A DNA stretch of 61,390 bases, counting the filler, from Choristocarpus tenellus KU-1152 (lineage: Eukaryota; Protista; Phaeophyceae): the NCBI GenBank assembly GCA_964200185.2. It is 12 parts of 12 records of this genome, joined end to end, with 100 filler letters (N's around TTAATTAATTAA, not from the genome) between each part and the next. Parts side by side here need not be neighbours in the genome. Positions count along the whole stretch, not along the records: positions 25,052 to 31,179 come from CAXNAD020008875.1; positions 31,280 to 33,962 come from CAXNAD020025681.1; positions 34,063 to 38,009 come from CAXNAD020016998.1; 9 more parts are not named here. One strand, given 5' to 3'. The translations under genes were made by a program, and so were the position numbers. A model generated the notes under the pieces. That model was not told the DNA's origin. It worked only from the letters and a program-made list of their open reading frames with translations, and made no database searches. This document shows, piece by piece, positions 27,010 to 37,900 of this stretch (position 1 is the stretch's first letter; each line of letters starts with the position of its first letter).

Positions 27010-27385
27010 CTTCTTGTTCGTGGATAGTGCTGCTGATACACCATAGGGACCACCAGTGGATTAGATAATAAGATGGAGAGCCAATGATAGATATACCATA
27101 CGTATTGACTCACTGGTGTCCATCGATTTTTGTCATTTTCAAGATACAGTTTCTATATTGAAGACAAGTAAATAAGTGATTCATAGTAACTTATTGTGGA
27201 CGATTGCAAACCCACACTATGGGAATAGTAATGGTAGTATGCACCTGTCTCACCCCACAAGTTCAGTAAGCGGAATTGAGACTACAAGCCCCTTGTAATA
27301 TTAACATTGCATATCTTCATCAAGCAATTCATTGTCCTTCATCAAAGCACCAAAGCCGCGGGTCCAGTGTGGAATATTTCAACAC
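27010..27385. repeat. Dispersed repeat of unknown class, paralogous to 48355-48695
   Basis: Shared blocks GTTCGTGGATAGTGCTGCTGATACAC, CACCAGTGGA, GCACCTGTCTCACCCCA.AAGTTCAGT.AGCGGAATTGAGAC and GTGGAATATTTCAAC occur in the same order. Confidence 0.7.
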
Positions 27386-27567
27386 TTCTCGCTAATAGTG
27401 GAGGGAGTTTCGAGTCTTGCATCGCTGCTAGGTATTGGAGATGTGTATCTGTTAAGGTTACCATCATACACGACTCTGCGGTGGATTGAGCACCCGGAGA
27501 TACTTGGTGGGTTCTCGAAAGGTATGAGAAGTATCCTTTGGGAACTACAACGTCATGGTTTGTCTGC

Positions 27568-28170
27568 CTACACTCGCCGCTTACGGACCTGAAGCAGTCT
27601 TGACCATAGGCACGATGAAAGCAAACTCAGTGTGCCTTTAGCCATGTATCGACTTCGTCCTGGGAGGCAGATGGAGGTAAACCTTTGCCCGAATGAATGG
27701 TGCTGATTTCTATCGCCCGCCTTGTCTGTGGCTAGAGTAAGTGGGGATGAAAGCACAGGCTGGGGAACGGATGTGACTGGTCGAACGGGTTTTGATACAT
27801 TGCTTTTTGGAAATAAAGAGGCACCGCATTTCCTGGGAACGGAAGAAGGTTGGATATTTAAGGCAGCACAGACAGCGGGCAAGGAGTTCTGGGTCAAAAC
27901 AGGTTGAAGCATCGGCGAAAGGGCTACCAGTACACGGTTGACAACCTCTTGGTATGACAGTGAAATTTGACTCGATACCTCTTCGTGCATGGGCGTCTTG
28001 TTGTGGCGATATAGACCCAGTTTCTTCCTGACGATCGAGGTTTCGACTGAGGCAGCGAAAGGGTGTGACATGCTAGCAAACATAGCAAGCGCATCTACCA
28101 TCCTACGTAAACCGGTGTGTCTTTTCCTTGTACAACGCAGCTTTTGCAGCATTTTGATTTGCTGGGACAA
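27568..28170 (-). CDS. Unidentified 200-codon ORF, possibly the upstream part of the decayed element at 27010-27385
   Basis: Long open frame in otherwise stop-rich DNA, TTG start, no recognisable motif. Confidence 0.25.
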   Translation of the reverse strand: MSQQIKMLQKLRCTRKRHTGLRRMVDALAMFASMSHPFAASVETSIVRKKLGLYRHNKTPMHEEVSSQISLSYQEVVNRVLVALSPMLQPVLTQNSLPAVCAALNIQPSSVPRKCGASLFPKSNVSKPVRPVTSVPQPVLSSPLTLATDKAGDRNQHHSFGQRFTSICLPGRSRYMAKGTLSLLSSCLWSRLLQVRKRRV

Positions 28171-28503
28171 ATGCGTACTGGTCGCTTCGATTGGATCATT
28201 CCTTTATGAGATCATCAAAAAATCCGTTCTGGTTTAATTCGAAGGTTTAATATTTGGATTCTTCTGCGAAATTCGAGGTGGGCGAATTTGTGTTCTAATT
28301 TCTTTACAAAATATATATGTAATACTCTATACTTCGATTTGGTTAGGATGTTGGAGAGGAGAGTTGGGAGGACTTGTTCGTACAAACAATGGGTTGACCT
28401 TCAGCTATGTACCTCCCCCCCCCCAAAAGAGCTGCATATATATGAGGCATCCGTGAGTCCACGTTATATATATGCCCGATAGTGCAAAACTAGGTTATGG
28501 CCG

Positions 28504-29269
28504 TGTAAAACATAGGCTACTCATCTCTTTGTTCGTTGATACAATAATACAGTTCCACCAGTCAACACTGACTTTTGATTGGTCTGTTACGCTCTGGACT
28601 TGTGTCACTAGTTCATCATGACCACATCAATTACCATCAGAACACCGTAGTACAGAACAGTCGCTATGCGTTCCACACGCAGGAATAGTATACGTCTCTT
28701 GAGTTGCATCACATATTGGTTCAAGTTTGTTCTCTTGTTCTCTTGTTCTCTTGTTGTTTTTTCTTTCACTCTTTCTTCTTCTTATCAGCAGAAGATGACA
28801 GTTGTACGTTGATTATTGATCATTATTTCTTTCGTGGCTGCCATTCATCTCTCACAATGAATGCACCAACCTCACTCTGCAAAACGTGTACGAAACGCAC
28901 ACATGGATGCAATATAATCAAAGTTAAAACCATCCGCGGAAATCCTTGCCAGCCAAGGTAACAAGCCTTTCCACAGAGCATGGACTTCTTTCGTTGAGTA
29001 TCTCATGAAAAAACACTGAATTCACATCACATCATTCTAGATTGAGCAACCAAGAATACTGAATTCACATCGCACCATTCTTGACTGAGAGATCAATGAC
29101 CTCAGTTACAACAGAATAAATACATCGATGCTTTGCAGCACAATCACATCTATCCATAACATAGAATGTGCGTATCACTCATCGGTGCTTTGCAACACCA
29201 TGATTCCTCATCACTCCTCCTCTACGCATTTTGCTTATATATACGATGCATTCGACTCAGGTTTCAACA
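28504..29269 (+). mobile_element. Copia-type 5' LTR (~766 bp)
   Basis: TGTAAAAC...GTTTCAACA termini, immediately followed by a PBS. Homologous to 51690-52464 and to the reverse copy at 30205-30831. Confidence 0.82.
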
Positions 29270-29281
29270 GGTTATGAGCCT
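29270..29281 (+). promoter_or_regulatory. Copia-type primer-binding site
   Basis: GGTTATGAGCC directly after the LTR terminal CA, matching the GGTTATG(A/G)GCCC half-tRNA-iMet type PBS of Copia elements. Confidence 0.75.
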
Positions 29282-29559
29282 CAACACTTGATCGACACAT
29301 ACAACAACATATTTGCCCAACCTTGTCTTGAACTTCTACCAACTACACCCCAGATAAACCCACGGTACCGCCATAGAATGCAAGCTAACGCCACCTATTT
29401 CCCCTGGTGATGACTCCCCCTGAAACGCGTTCAAACTCTGCTTCCTGAGCATCTGGAGCTGTGTGGCCCCTTCGACGCGCTTCTCGTCTTTTCACCACTA
29501 CCACTCCACCTACCATCCCATACGAAGAAGCTGAAGACTAGCTGTTATGCAGTCTCGCT

Positions 29560-29880
29560 GCCACCTACCATTGACCTGCGCAAGACCTTCACGGACTCCA
29601 GCAGGGGGTCAAACTTCACATCAACAATGTTTAAGTCTGGCAGCATTGGCACACCCTGAAGTCCAAGTACGAAGCTGCGATGGAACAATGGATAAGTGCT
29701 GTTCGTCACTGCTCTGAGCACTGTACGATGGAAACTGGCAAGAATCCCGACCAGTATCTCATGCGCCTCTGCAAGGCTAAAAGCTGGTCGGGGACCCCTC
29801 AACCTTACTCCTAATGTTCGAGCTCTCCACTGCAGCTACTGTCTCCAACCTGGACACCCCCTGCGCTTTCCACATCACGC
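29560..29880 (+). pseudogene. Decayed Copia gag (UBN2/Retrotran_gag_2-like plus zinc knuckle)
   Basis: WHTLKSKYEA...METGKNPDQYLMRLCKAK followed, after a frame change, by CSYCLQPGH (CxxCxxxGH). Confidence 0.7.
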
Positions 29881-30204
29881 GCCTTTCTCTTTCTTTAAAA
29901 AAACTCTTGGCAATCTTTATGCGATTTTCGGCTGGCCATCCGAAACAGTGCATTCTCTCACCATAATATGGACTCACTCGGTTGCTGTTATGTCGTCTCG
30001 AGGGACCTGTAATAGCTTCCCTGTGATCTGTGGGACGTCAATTGCAGACGATTCACCTAGAAGGATCGCTGTTTGTCCCAAGAAAGTCAGACAAAGAGTT
30101 TTCGAGGAGCTTGGTGCGGAAAGGGGGTAAGTTATCGCTGCGTGGACGCGATGTATGAATGCGTTGAGCGTTCACGACTGCTTCAAGATTTTTCGTGGAG
30201 TCTA

Positions 30205-30831
30205 TGACGATGAGGAATCATGGTGTTGCAAAGCACTGGTGAGTAAAATGCGTAGTCTGTGTTGCAAATAGATGTTATTGTGCTGCAGAGCACCGAAGTA
30301 TTTATTCTGTTGTAACTGAGGTCATTGATCGCTCAGTCAAGAATTACGTGATGTGAATTCAATCTCTTTCATGAGATACTCAACGTAACAAGTCCATACT
30401 CTGTGGAGAAGCGTGTTACCTTGGCTGGCAAGGGTCCATGCTCTGTGGAGAAGCTTATTATCTTGGCTGGCAAGGGTTTCTGTGGATGGTTCTAACTCTG
30501 AATATATTACATTCAGGTGTGCATCAGGTATAACTTATTGCAGAGTGAGCTTGGTGCATTATGAGGGATCAATGACAACCAAGGACAAACAAGAGAACAA
30601 TAGAATAAACTTGAATCAATATGTTATGCAACTCAAGTGACGTAAACTATTCCTCTGTGTAGAATGCAGAGCGACTGTTCTGTACTGTGGTGTTCTGACG
30701 GCAATTGGTGTGGTGATGATGAACTAGTGCCAATAACGACCAGTGCGTAAAAGACCAATCAACAGTCAGTGTTGACTGGTGGAACTGTATGGTATCAAGG
30801 AAAAAACAGATGAGTAGCCTATGTTTTAACA
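30205..30831 (-). mobile_element. Same-family Copia LTR in opposite orientation (3' end eroded)
   Basis: Reverse complement begins TGTTAAAACATAGGCTACTCATCT and stays colinear with 28504-29215. Confidence 0.8.
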
Positions 30832-31364
30832 GAACCTGTGAAATAAAAGAACAGCATGACACACTAAAAACAGAGCAGGAATATGAGTGTACGAATGCCG
30901 GGAAATAACTACCTAGGCAACGTCTATACCATTGCGGTCATAGATCACTCGTTTACGATCAGAGCTGTATGATGCCTCCCTTGGAGCCACATATGCCATC
31001 ACGCCAGGCCCTTCCTCCAAGTTAGGAGGTGAGGCAAGCGCTCTCAGACCACACAAGAAGACGACAAGACCAAGCAGAAGAAAATCCCGTAGGCAATGAA
31101 AGCGCTCCAAAACCTACCAGGGAGACAACAAGACCACGAAGAAAAAATCCAGGCTAGGGTCAAAGTATCTTGGGGGGGGNNNNNNNNNNNNNNNNNNNNN
31201 NNNNNNNNNNNNNNNNNNNNNNNTTAATTAATTAANNNNNNNNNNNNNNNNNNNNNNNNNNNNNNNNNNNNNNNNNNNNCATTCAACATCACTCCACAAT
31301 CATCCAAGAAGACATCTACCCCGCCATAACTTGACCTCCCCTTTCGGGGTGGATTTCTTCTCTC

Positions 31365-32440
31365 TCATCTCGTTACCTCCTGCCCTGGTTGTACCCAATC
31401 CTTCCTGCTCTCTGCCAGACCCTTGGACACCAAAACTGGGTCCTTCTGGTTTGTCCTCACGTACATCATAAACGCCCTCGACTTCCACCTTCCTTCCCGC
31501 TGTATTACTAGTTCTGGCACCCCCATTCTTGCCAGTATCGTGGCCCCCCCTATCCTCCCCGAATGCAGGGCGTATTCTTCCGGTCTTAGTCTCTGTTCTT
31601 TTGCTATCCTCCTCAGGACACATGTTGCTTGGCCCCTCGTAATCACTCTCCATCCCCTGTCCTGTCTGCATGTCATCAGAGGGGCGTCGGGGGAAGTTCT
31701 GGGAAGCATTCCATAATCGCCATCACTACTTCCCATCCTCCCATACATTCCTCTCCCCCTTCCTTCCCTACCTTATATCTTGTCAGCACTGCTCCTTTTC
31801 TGCCCTGGTCCCCCTTCGACCCTGTAAATGTGACCTCGACTTTTTCTGCCTGGTGTCTCTCTTCCCAACTTAGTCTCTTCCCTCCCATCCTCCATACCAC
31901 GTCCCTCCTCCTTACTGCGAAGTCCCCATGAACTCCTCCCCCTTCGTCGTAGGCCCATAGCTCTGAGGCTCTAGCTAGAAAGAAGAACGAGAAACCCAAA
32001 CCTAGCCTTGTTAGTTTACCTTCCCCACCTAGCATTTCAGTGCATTGCTTTGTCTCTACGATCCTTCTCCACGTTAGGGGTCTCCTCTTCCTTGGCTCAC
32101 TTCCTATTTTTGTGTGTCTCCTCCCTATTCCTTTTAGTACAGATTAGATCATGAAATATTGTGTGGGTAGCTGTAGGTTGAGGAAATGCTTGTGGTAGTA
32201 TTGGATTGCTGCTATCTTACCCTTAATTTTGCTTACTTGCTTCCCCTTACTCCCACAACAGAAACACATGAACTCAGCTAGTGTCTTTACTACTTCTATC
32301 TCTCTATTCCCAGGGTCTATCCACCTACTCAATCCCCTGTATGTGCGGAACTCAGACCATTGGTCCCAAGCTGCCTCTTAACACTTCTTAGTAGATGGCG
32401 CAACCGATCCTCTGGCGTACTCTGCTGCAAGGCACTCAAA
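31365..32440 (-). pseudogene. Tyrosine recombinase of the retrotransposon, with two premature stops and one frameshift
   Basis: An alternative frame overlapping the RNase H C-terminus reads LAAEYARGSVAPSTKKC*EAAWDQW, continues through 32144 (stop) into RASE, frameshifts near 31690, then gives HSGR, GRW and the catalytic Y. Confidence 0.88.
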
Positions 32441-33960
32441 CAAACCATCTTCCCTTCCCGACCCAGGGGCTGCTCCTGCCAGTCAATATGTGGGCAAATA
32501 CGTTGGAGGTTAGTTTGGATCTTATCTTTCATCCACCTTGAAATACCGTCTGCCAATTCATTCTTCTTCCCCGCTACGTGTTCTGCTGCAAATGGCCATT
32601 CTCCTGCTATTTCCAACACCCCCATTATTCTCATCAGACCTCCTGCCCTCTTATCCTTTGCCCCCCCACACTTACGGAACCAATGCACTGCAGAGTAGTT
32701 GTCTCCTCTCAGCAACACTAGGTCTCCCTTCGTCTTTGCTCTCCCTTTTACCTTCATTACTAACACCCATGCATTCATTACCATCCCTAGTAGTTCTAGC
32801 ACGTTGATTGAGATACTCCCCCTTTCCCCTCTTATCACGCTGCGCTTAATCTCCTTCTTCACGTGTTCTGGGAACTCGTATCTCCACCATTTTCCTGTCT
32901 CTACATTGTACCCTCCTACTGCTGAAAAACACGCATCTGAATACCATGTCATACCTGGTAGTCTTGATACAAACCCCAGGAATGGAGAGCACAAGTTTTC
33001 ACCCTCCTCAGCCAAACCATGTTCTACTACCCACCTCCACCAATTCAGGTCTTCCTTGAATTCTGGGCCTATCCTAATTTCCCTATTTGCTTCTCTTGCT
33101 CCCTCCCTCTGTTCAACCTGTTCCCCCCCCTTTGCTATCCTACCTACCCAACCCCATTTCTGGTGCAACCCTGACAGGTGTACCAGTCACCAAAGAAAAC
33201 ATTTTCCTGGGCGTATGACATACGACATGTGAAACAGTCTACCCAACAGTACCCATACCTCCTGCACCCTCGCTACGGATTTCGATTCAGGCCACTCCTC
33301 TAACCATCCCTTCAGTTTCACTAATTTTCCTTCTGGTAGGGCAATGGTCATCGCCTCTGTGTCTATCTTCCATCCTACTACTACCTGTGTGGTATGCCAT
33401 CCTGTCAATTTCTTTGCAGACAGGATGGGGGGTTCGTCTATCTCTCTCTTGCCTAACAAGCGTATGTGGTCAGATACTAGGGAATTCGTTGCTAGCAACA
33501 GTCTCCGCCCATCTTCAAACCATTGGGGTTCTACCAATATGCTATCATCTACGTACATTCTGGCAAAAAATTGGTCCTCTTCCCCCCCCCCTGCTATGTT
33601 CTGCACCTCCCACGTTTCTTCAAGTGTCCTAGCCTCCCTCCTACCTTCCTGCTTCGAGTATGTGACCCCTACCGTCATCATTTTCGCCTCTTCCACAACT
33701 ACTGTCGATTTTGGATCCGTATGACAATGTGAAAATTCAAGAGCACTCGCTAAAAGGTCCCACCACCCCGGGCTATTCCTCCACCCAAATTGGAGTCGAA
33801 AATCAATCACTAGCAGATCCCCAACACAATATCCAAACTTTGCTCCCCCCCGTGGTTCGACTTGCACTTGGCGAAACGCATCTTTCACATCCATCTTACT
33901 AATCATAATCCTCTTCCCCGGGAATTTCTTTCTCAAGCCCACAATTCTCCTAATCACATC
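32329..33960 (-). pseudogene. RT-RNase H ORF of the YR retrotransposon, split by one in-frame TGA (33187-33189)
   Basis: ORFs 33187-33957 and 32329-33168 are in the same frame (CFLW*LVHLSGLHQKW). Confidence 0.88.
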
Positions 33961-34062
33961 CCNNNNNNNNNNNNNNNNNNNNNNNNNNNNNNNNNNNNNN
34001 NNNNNNTTAATTAATTAANNNNNNNNNNNNNNNNNNNNNNNNNNNNNNNNNNNNNNNNNNNN

Positions 34063-34290
34063 CTAGGGATCTGCTGATTGTGAGCTGGAATTCCTGGGGG
34101 GGGATCTGGCATGCTGGTTCCAGCGGTTGCATCGAGGCCCAGGCGTTTGCTCCTTGTCCACACTGGCTCCGGTGGCGTGCTAGGGCTAATGAAGAGCTTT
34201 CCCTTCCTTGGTGGGCCTCATTTGGAAGGTCAGCTAGCTTTGTCCTGAAGGAGTCAAAACGAATCTTGTTGAGGAGGCGTGTGATCTCGT
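34063..34290 (-). pseudogene. Fragment of an RLE-type (CRE-like) non-LTR retrotransposon C-terminal region
   Basis: LARHRSQCGQGANAWASMQPLEPACQIPPQEFQLTISRSL resembles the ARL.S..G.GA.AWL...P......F......RLG region preceding the zinc finger/RLE. Confidence 0.5.
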
Positions 34291-34344
34291 GCTGAGTCCA
34301 TATATATATATCGTCGTACCAGCACACCGAAATAATCCTCAATA

Positions 34345-34750
34345 TTTTATTATTATGCCCTCAAACATTTTGCAGGTGTGTCAGGGGAAAAATCGATGAA
34401 AACTATTCACATGATAGTATAAACCTTAACGAGGTAAAATATGTCATAAATGTGAAAAACACTAATATATTTGTGATTTCACTACTATGTATGTTGTACC
34501 ACTGCCTTCCTGTGCCTCCAGTCTACCTATATCCTCAATAAATAAATTATTGCGCCCTCTGACATTTTACGTACCTGTGACAGGGAAAGGATAAAACCCT
34601 TACCCTATTTCAAGGCCCGGTACTATTGAAAATACAACACACAGTAATTGTTGTCCATGCCAAGGCCTCCCTGAAATACGAACTATTGATATCTATTGCT
34701 ATACCCTCTGACATTTTACCTATGTATGATAGGGAAAGATCAAAGGTATA
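34345..34750. repeat. Three spaced copies of a ~50-bp motif (ATT(A/G)..(A/G)CCCTC.(A/G)ACATTTT...AGGGAAA), with an inverted copy at 38451-38481
   Basis: Copies near 34348, 34546 and 34694. Confidence 0.55.
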
Positions 34751-34797
34751 TCACAAGGACTGCTCCAAAAATAACAAATGTCGTTAATGCCAAAGAT

Positions 34798-34979
34798 GGC
34801 TCGGAGTATCTTTGGGGGGGTGGGAGCTATTTATTTGGGGCCCATTTTTCCATGCCGCGATTCTTGGGTGATTTGGTTGCATGCGTCAGATAGATAATGT
34901 AAGTTCAATTTTCCTGGTCAGGGCACGAATGGACACCCCAGTGTAGAACGCGTGCCCCCACCCCAAGATACTTTGAGCC
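34798..34979. mobile_element. MITE family A
   Basis: TIRs GGCTCGGAGTATCT / AGATACTTTGAGCC. Confidence 0.88.
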
Positions 34980-35585
34980 AATACGCCTCTAAATAATTAT
35001 TACCATTTGAAAACTAACAATTACTAAGATGCTCCCGTAAAGGTTGGTAACTACAGTCTAATGAGTACACTGCTATGCCTCTAACCTAGCTTAGCACTAC
35101 AAGGTGAGCAAGGAGGTAGGAAAGCATCCCAATAATTTGACAGGCCCCTTCTTGCCCATCTGCCTGGTCTCTCTGTCTTGAAACGCTATACACGTATCTA
35201 CTATGTGTCCTACTGATACATTATTTGAAAGTATATCTCGCTGAAACCTTAAAACAGTCGGCCTTGAACAATTTTTGGGTATATTTGGTGTTTGCACGTT
35301 CCAAAGGAGTGTGGTGCTTCACCAAGAAGATAAGGATGTAGGATGTGCTTTGTCAAGTTGCAGCGAAGAGTGAGACCTATCCACAAGGGTACAAGAATAC
35401 TTCTTCGTGTGTACTAATAACAACGTTTGGTGCGTTCAGTACTTCAAAAGCATCTCCTGGTGTGAACATTTGGGTACCCTGGATGGAGATCAAGGGCAAC
35501 CAAAACGTCTTCATAACTCCATACATATTTCAAGTTAACTAAAATTCAACAATGGGCATGACACAGTATAGAGTACAATATTGAG

Positions 35586-35763
35586 GGCTCAAAGTATCCG
35601 GGGGGGGGGGTGGCGGTTATCCACTTTGGAACAATTTTTGCATGTCGCGAATTTTGGGGTGATTTGGTTGCATTCGTCAGATGGATAATGTAAGTGCACT
35701 TTTCCTGCTTATGGGCCAGATGGACACCCTGGTGTAGACCCCCCCCCGCAGATACTTTGAGCC
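35586..35763. mobile_element. MITE family A, flanking repeat TGAG
   Basis: Full TIRs; TGAG on both sides. Confidence 0.92.
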
Positions 35764-36454
35764 TGAGATGTGTAGGAATTATACTGAAAGGTCACCAAAG
35801 CAAAGGAAGGCAAGGCGAGACACTGGGTTAGGGATTGGAGGGGTTCCTAGATAGTGAAAGCTCTTTCAATAATAATATATAGAGCAATTTAAAAACACAC
35901 ACACAAGATAAGAAAAAATGAACTCCTCTTCTGCGCAGAAGAACTACCAGAAGACCGCCTCTACTCTATTCTCGGGAGGCAGTGCGTGGACCTGAGGCAG
36001 GTCATAATAAATTCGTACATAAAGGTTAACCCTACCTTGTTGTGGAACCAATGCATTGTTATGGAATGAGGGATGAGGTACATTGAAATTCCCTCATCGA
36101 TGGTAAGTACAAGATTCTGATAAAGTAGTAGTGAATCCTCAACACCATTAATATCGCAGAGAGTGTTCTGAAGGATGCCTCTCAGTCAGTGTGGTAACTG
36201 TATTTTGATTGAATTTTGTGGTCATATACCATGGACTTGCTGCATAGTGTACAACAACATTAACAGTGAAAGCTAGTTGAGATCTTGGTTTATTTGAACG
36301 ATGTGATTGGGTGATGATAATGTGTGCTGTGTGCTGTGTGCTGTCGAATCTGCAAAGAGTATGACCAGATAGTCATTTTCTATGTGCAGGTAGTGTATTA
36401 TTGAAGCAGTGTTGCTTATTACGAACAACCTTGGCGGCATCCCTTACTGTGCAA

Positions 36455-36635
36455 GGCTCAAAGTATCTGAGGGGGCGGGACCAGTCTACACCAGGGTGTC
36501 CATTGGGGCCTGACCAGGAGAAGTGCACTTACATTGTCCATCCGACGCATGCAACAAATTCAAACCCAAAAATCACGGCATGGAAAAATGGGACCCAAAT
36601 GGACAGCCATCACCCCCCCCCAGATACTTTGAGCC
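36455..36635. mobile_element. MITE family A, flanking repeat CAA
   Basis: Full TIRs, opposite orientation to the 35586 copy. Confidence 0.92.
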
Positions 36636-37578
36636 CAACCATATAGAGAGAGGGTACAGGATCGATTGCACTATGCGATAAATAACGGCCCGAAAATGAG
36701 TTCAACAAATCACATCCACGCATGAATCATCATCGGTTCAAATCGTGTGCAAGGGGTAGAAAAAAAATAGGTGAAATAAAAAAATATAAGACGTGGATGG
36801 GTAGATCGCAAAAACGGAGCAGAAAACTTGACCTTGTGATCCCTTTGTGTGGCTCAGTTCAATCATAATTCCTAGGTGGTGAAGAGATAGGCAGGTGTAA
36901 CAGACCAGCGTTGACCTTGTCCGAGTGGAATGAGGGTCAGGAACTAAGGAGTTATTAAGGGGGGGAAAGAAACCACAGAAGTTTCAGGTGGGAAAATGGA
37001 TTTACGATGCTTTATTATGGCTTCGATCTTCTCAACTTCCCACAAGACCTTCTGCAGAGGTTAGCCGCATGACAAACATCCATAACACCAGCAAAGAACG
37101 GCGCATTACAGTGTGTGGCAGGTCCAGATGATATGACAGCGAACGGTACGATATTATTGTTATAAACAATCCTGCTTTCTGCATTACGATTCACCTACTA
37201 CCTTTTGATGATGGCTACACAAGGAAAAAAGAACAGAGTGGGGGTAGCAGACAATTATGGCACATGGTACAGTCACTGTGAATTTCGTATTATTTTCACG
37301 AAATTATCGATACAAAAAATGAATAGTTTTAGGTAAGTGCTCGACAAATGTGCCTTGGATATATCTGGTCAAGACAATCGTCAACCTGTGGCATATGCAA
37401 TACTGACATGTCAAAACTAATCATGGTACTGCATGATATCATCTGCGAGGAGGGTGTCACCGAGTCTTAAGGGTCTTGAAACTCAAAAAAGGGTCAAAAT
37501 CGACCCCTCTCTCAGATGGTTTCACTCAGTACTATTGTCACTTTTTGCTTCACTCAGTACTATTCGTTGTCAGAGCCG

Positions 37579-37900
37579 CTACACACTGCACTATCTCTCA
37601 ACCCAACTGCTGTAGATACCTCTTGCACTAAGACTGGTAACCCAACTGCTGTAGATAACTCTTGCACTAAGACTGGTTGTACTGTCTCTACTTCTTCCAT
37701 GTCGGTATCCCCTACACACTGCACTATCTCTCGACCCAACTGCTGTAGATAACTCTTGCACTAAGACTGGTTGTACTGTCTCTACTTCTTCCATGTCGGT
37801 ATCCCCCTACACACTGCACTATCTCTCAACCCAACTGCTGTAGATAACTCTTGCACTAAGACTGGTTGTACTGTCTCTACTTCTTCCATGTCGGTATCCC
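37579..37900. repeat. Near-perfect ~95-bp tandem repeat x3 with an internal ~39-bp sub-duplication
   Basis: Unit CTACACACTGCACTATCTCTCAACCCAACTGCTGTAGATAACTCTTGCACTAAGACTGGTTGTACTGTCTCTACTTCTTCCATGTCGGTATCCCC. Confidence 0.95.

Larger units (their letters stand above)
31280..33962 (-). mobile_element. DIRS/Ngaro-type tyrosine-recombinase retrotransposon (RT-RNase H-YR), both ends in gaps
   Basis: RT: SKMDVKDAFRQV, LQFGWRNSPG, MYVDD. RNase H: WYSDAC, INVLELL, GDN, HVAGKKNELADGISR. YR: FFFLARASE, SKGDQ, HSGRIGGAT, GRWKS..FMMY. Confidence 0.93.

Noticed and set aside
28504-30831. Long-TIR DNA transposon (Mutator/foldback-like)
   Set aside because: The arms are TG...CA LTRs with a PBS and gag, and a third copy has a PPT.
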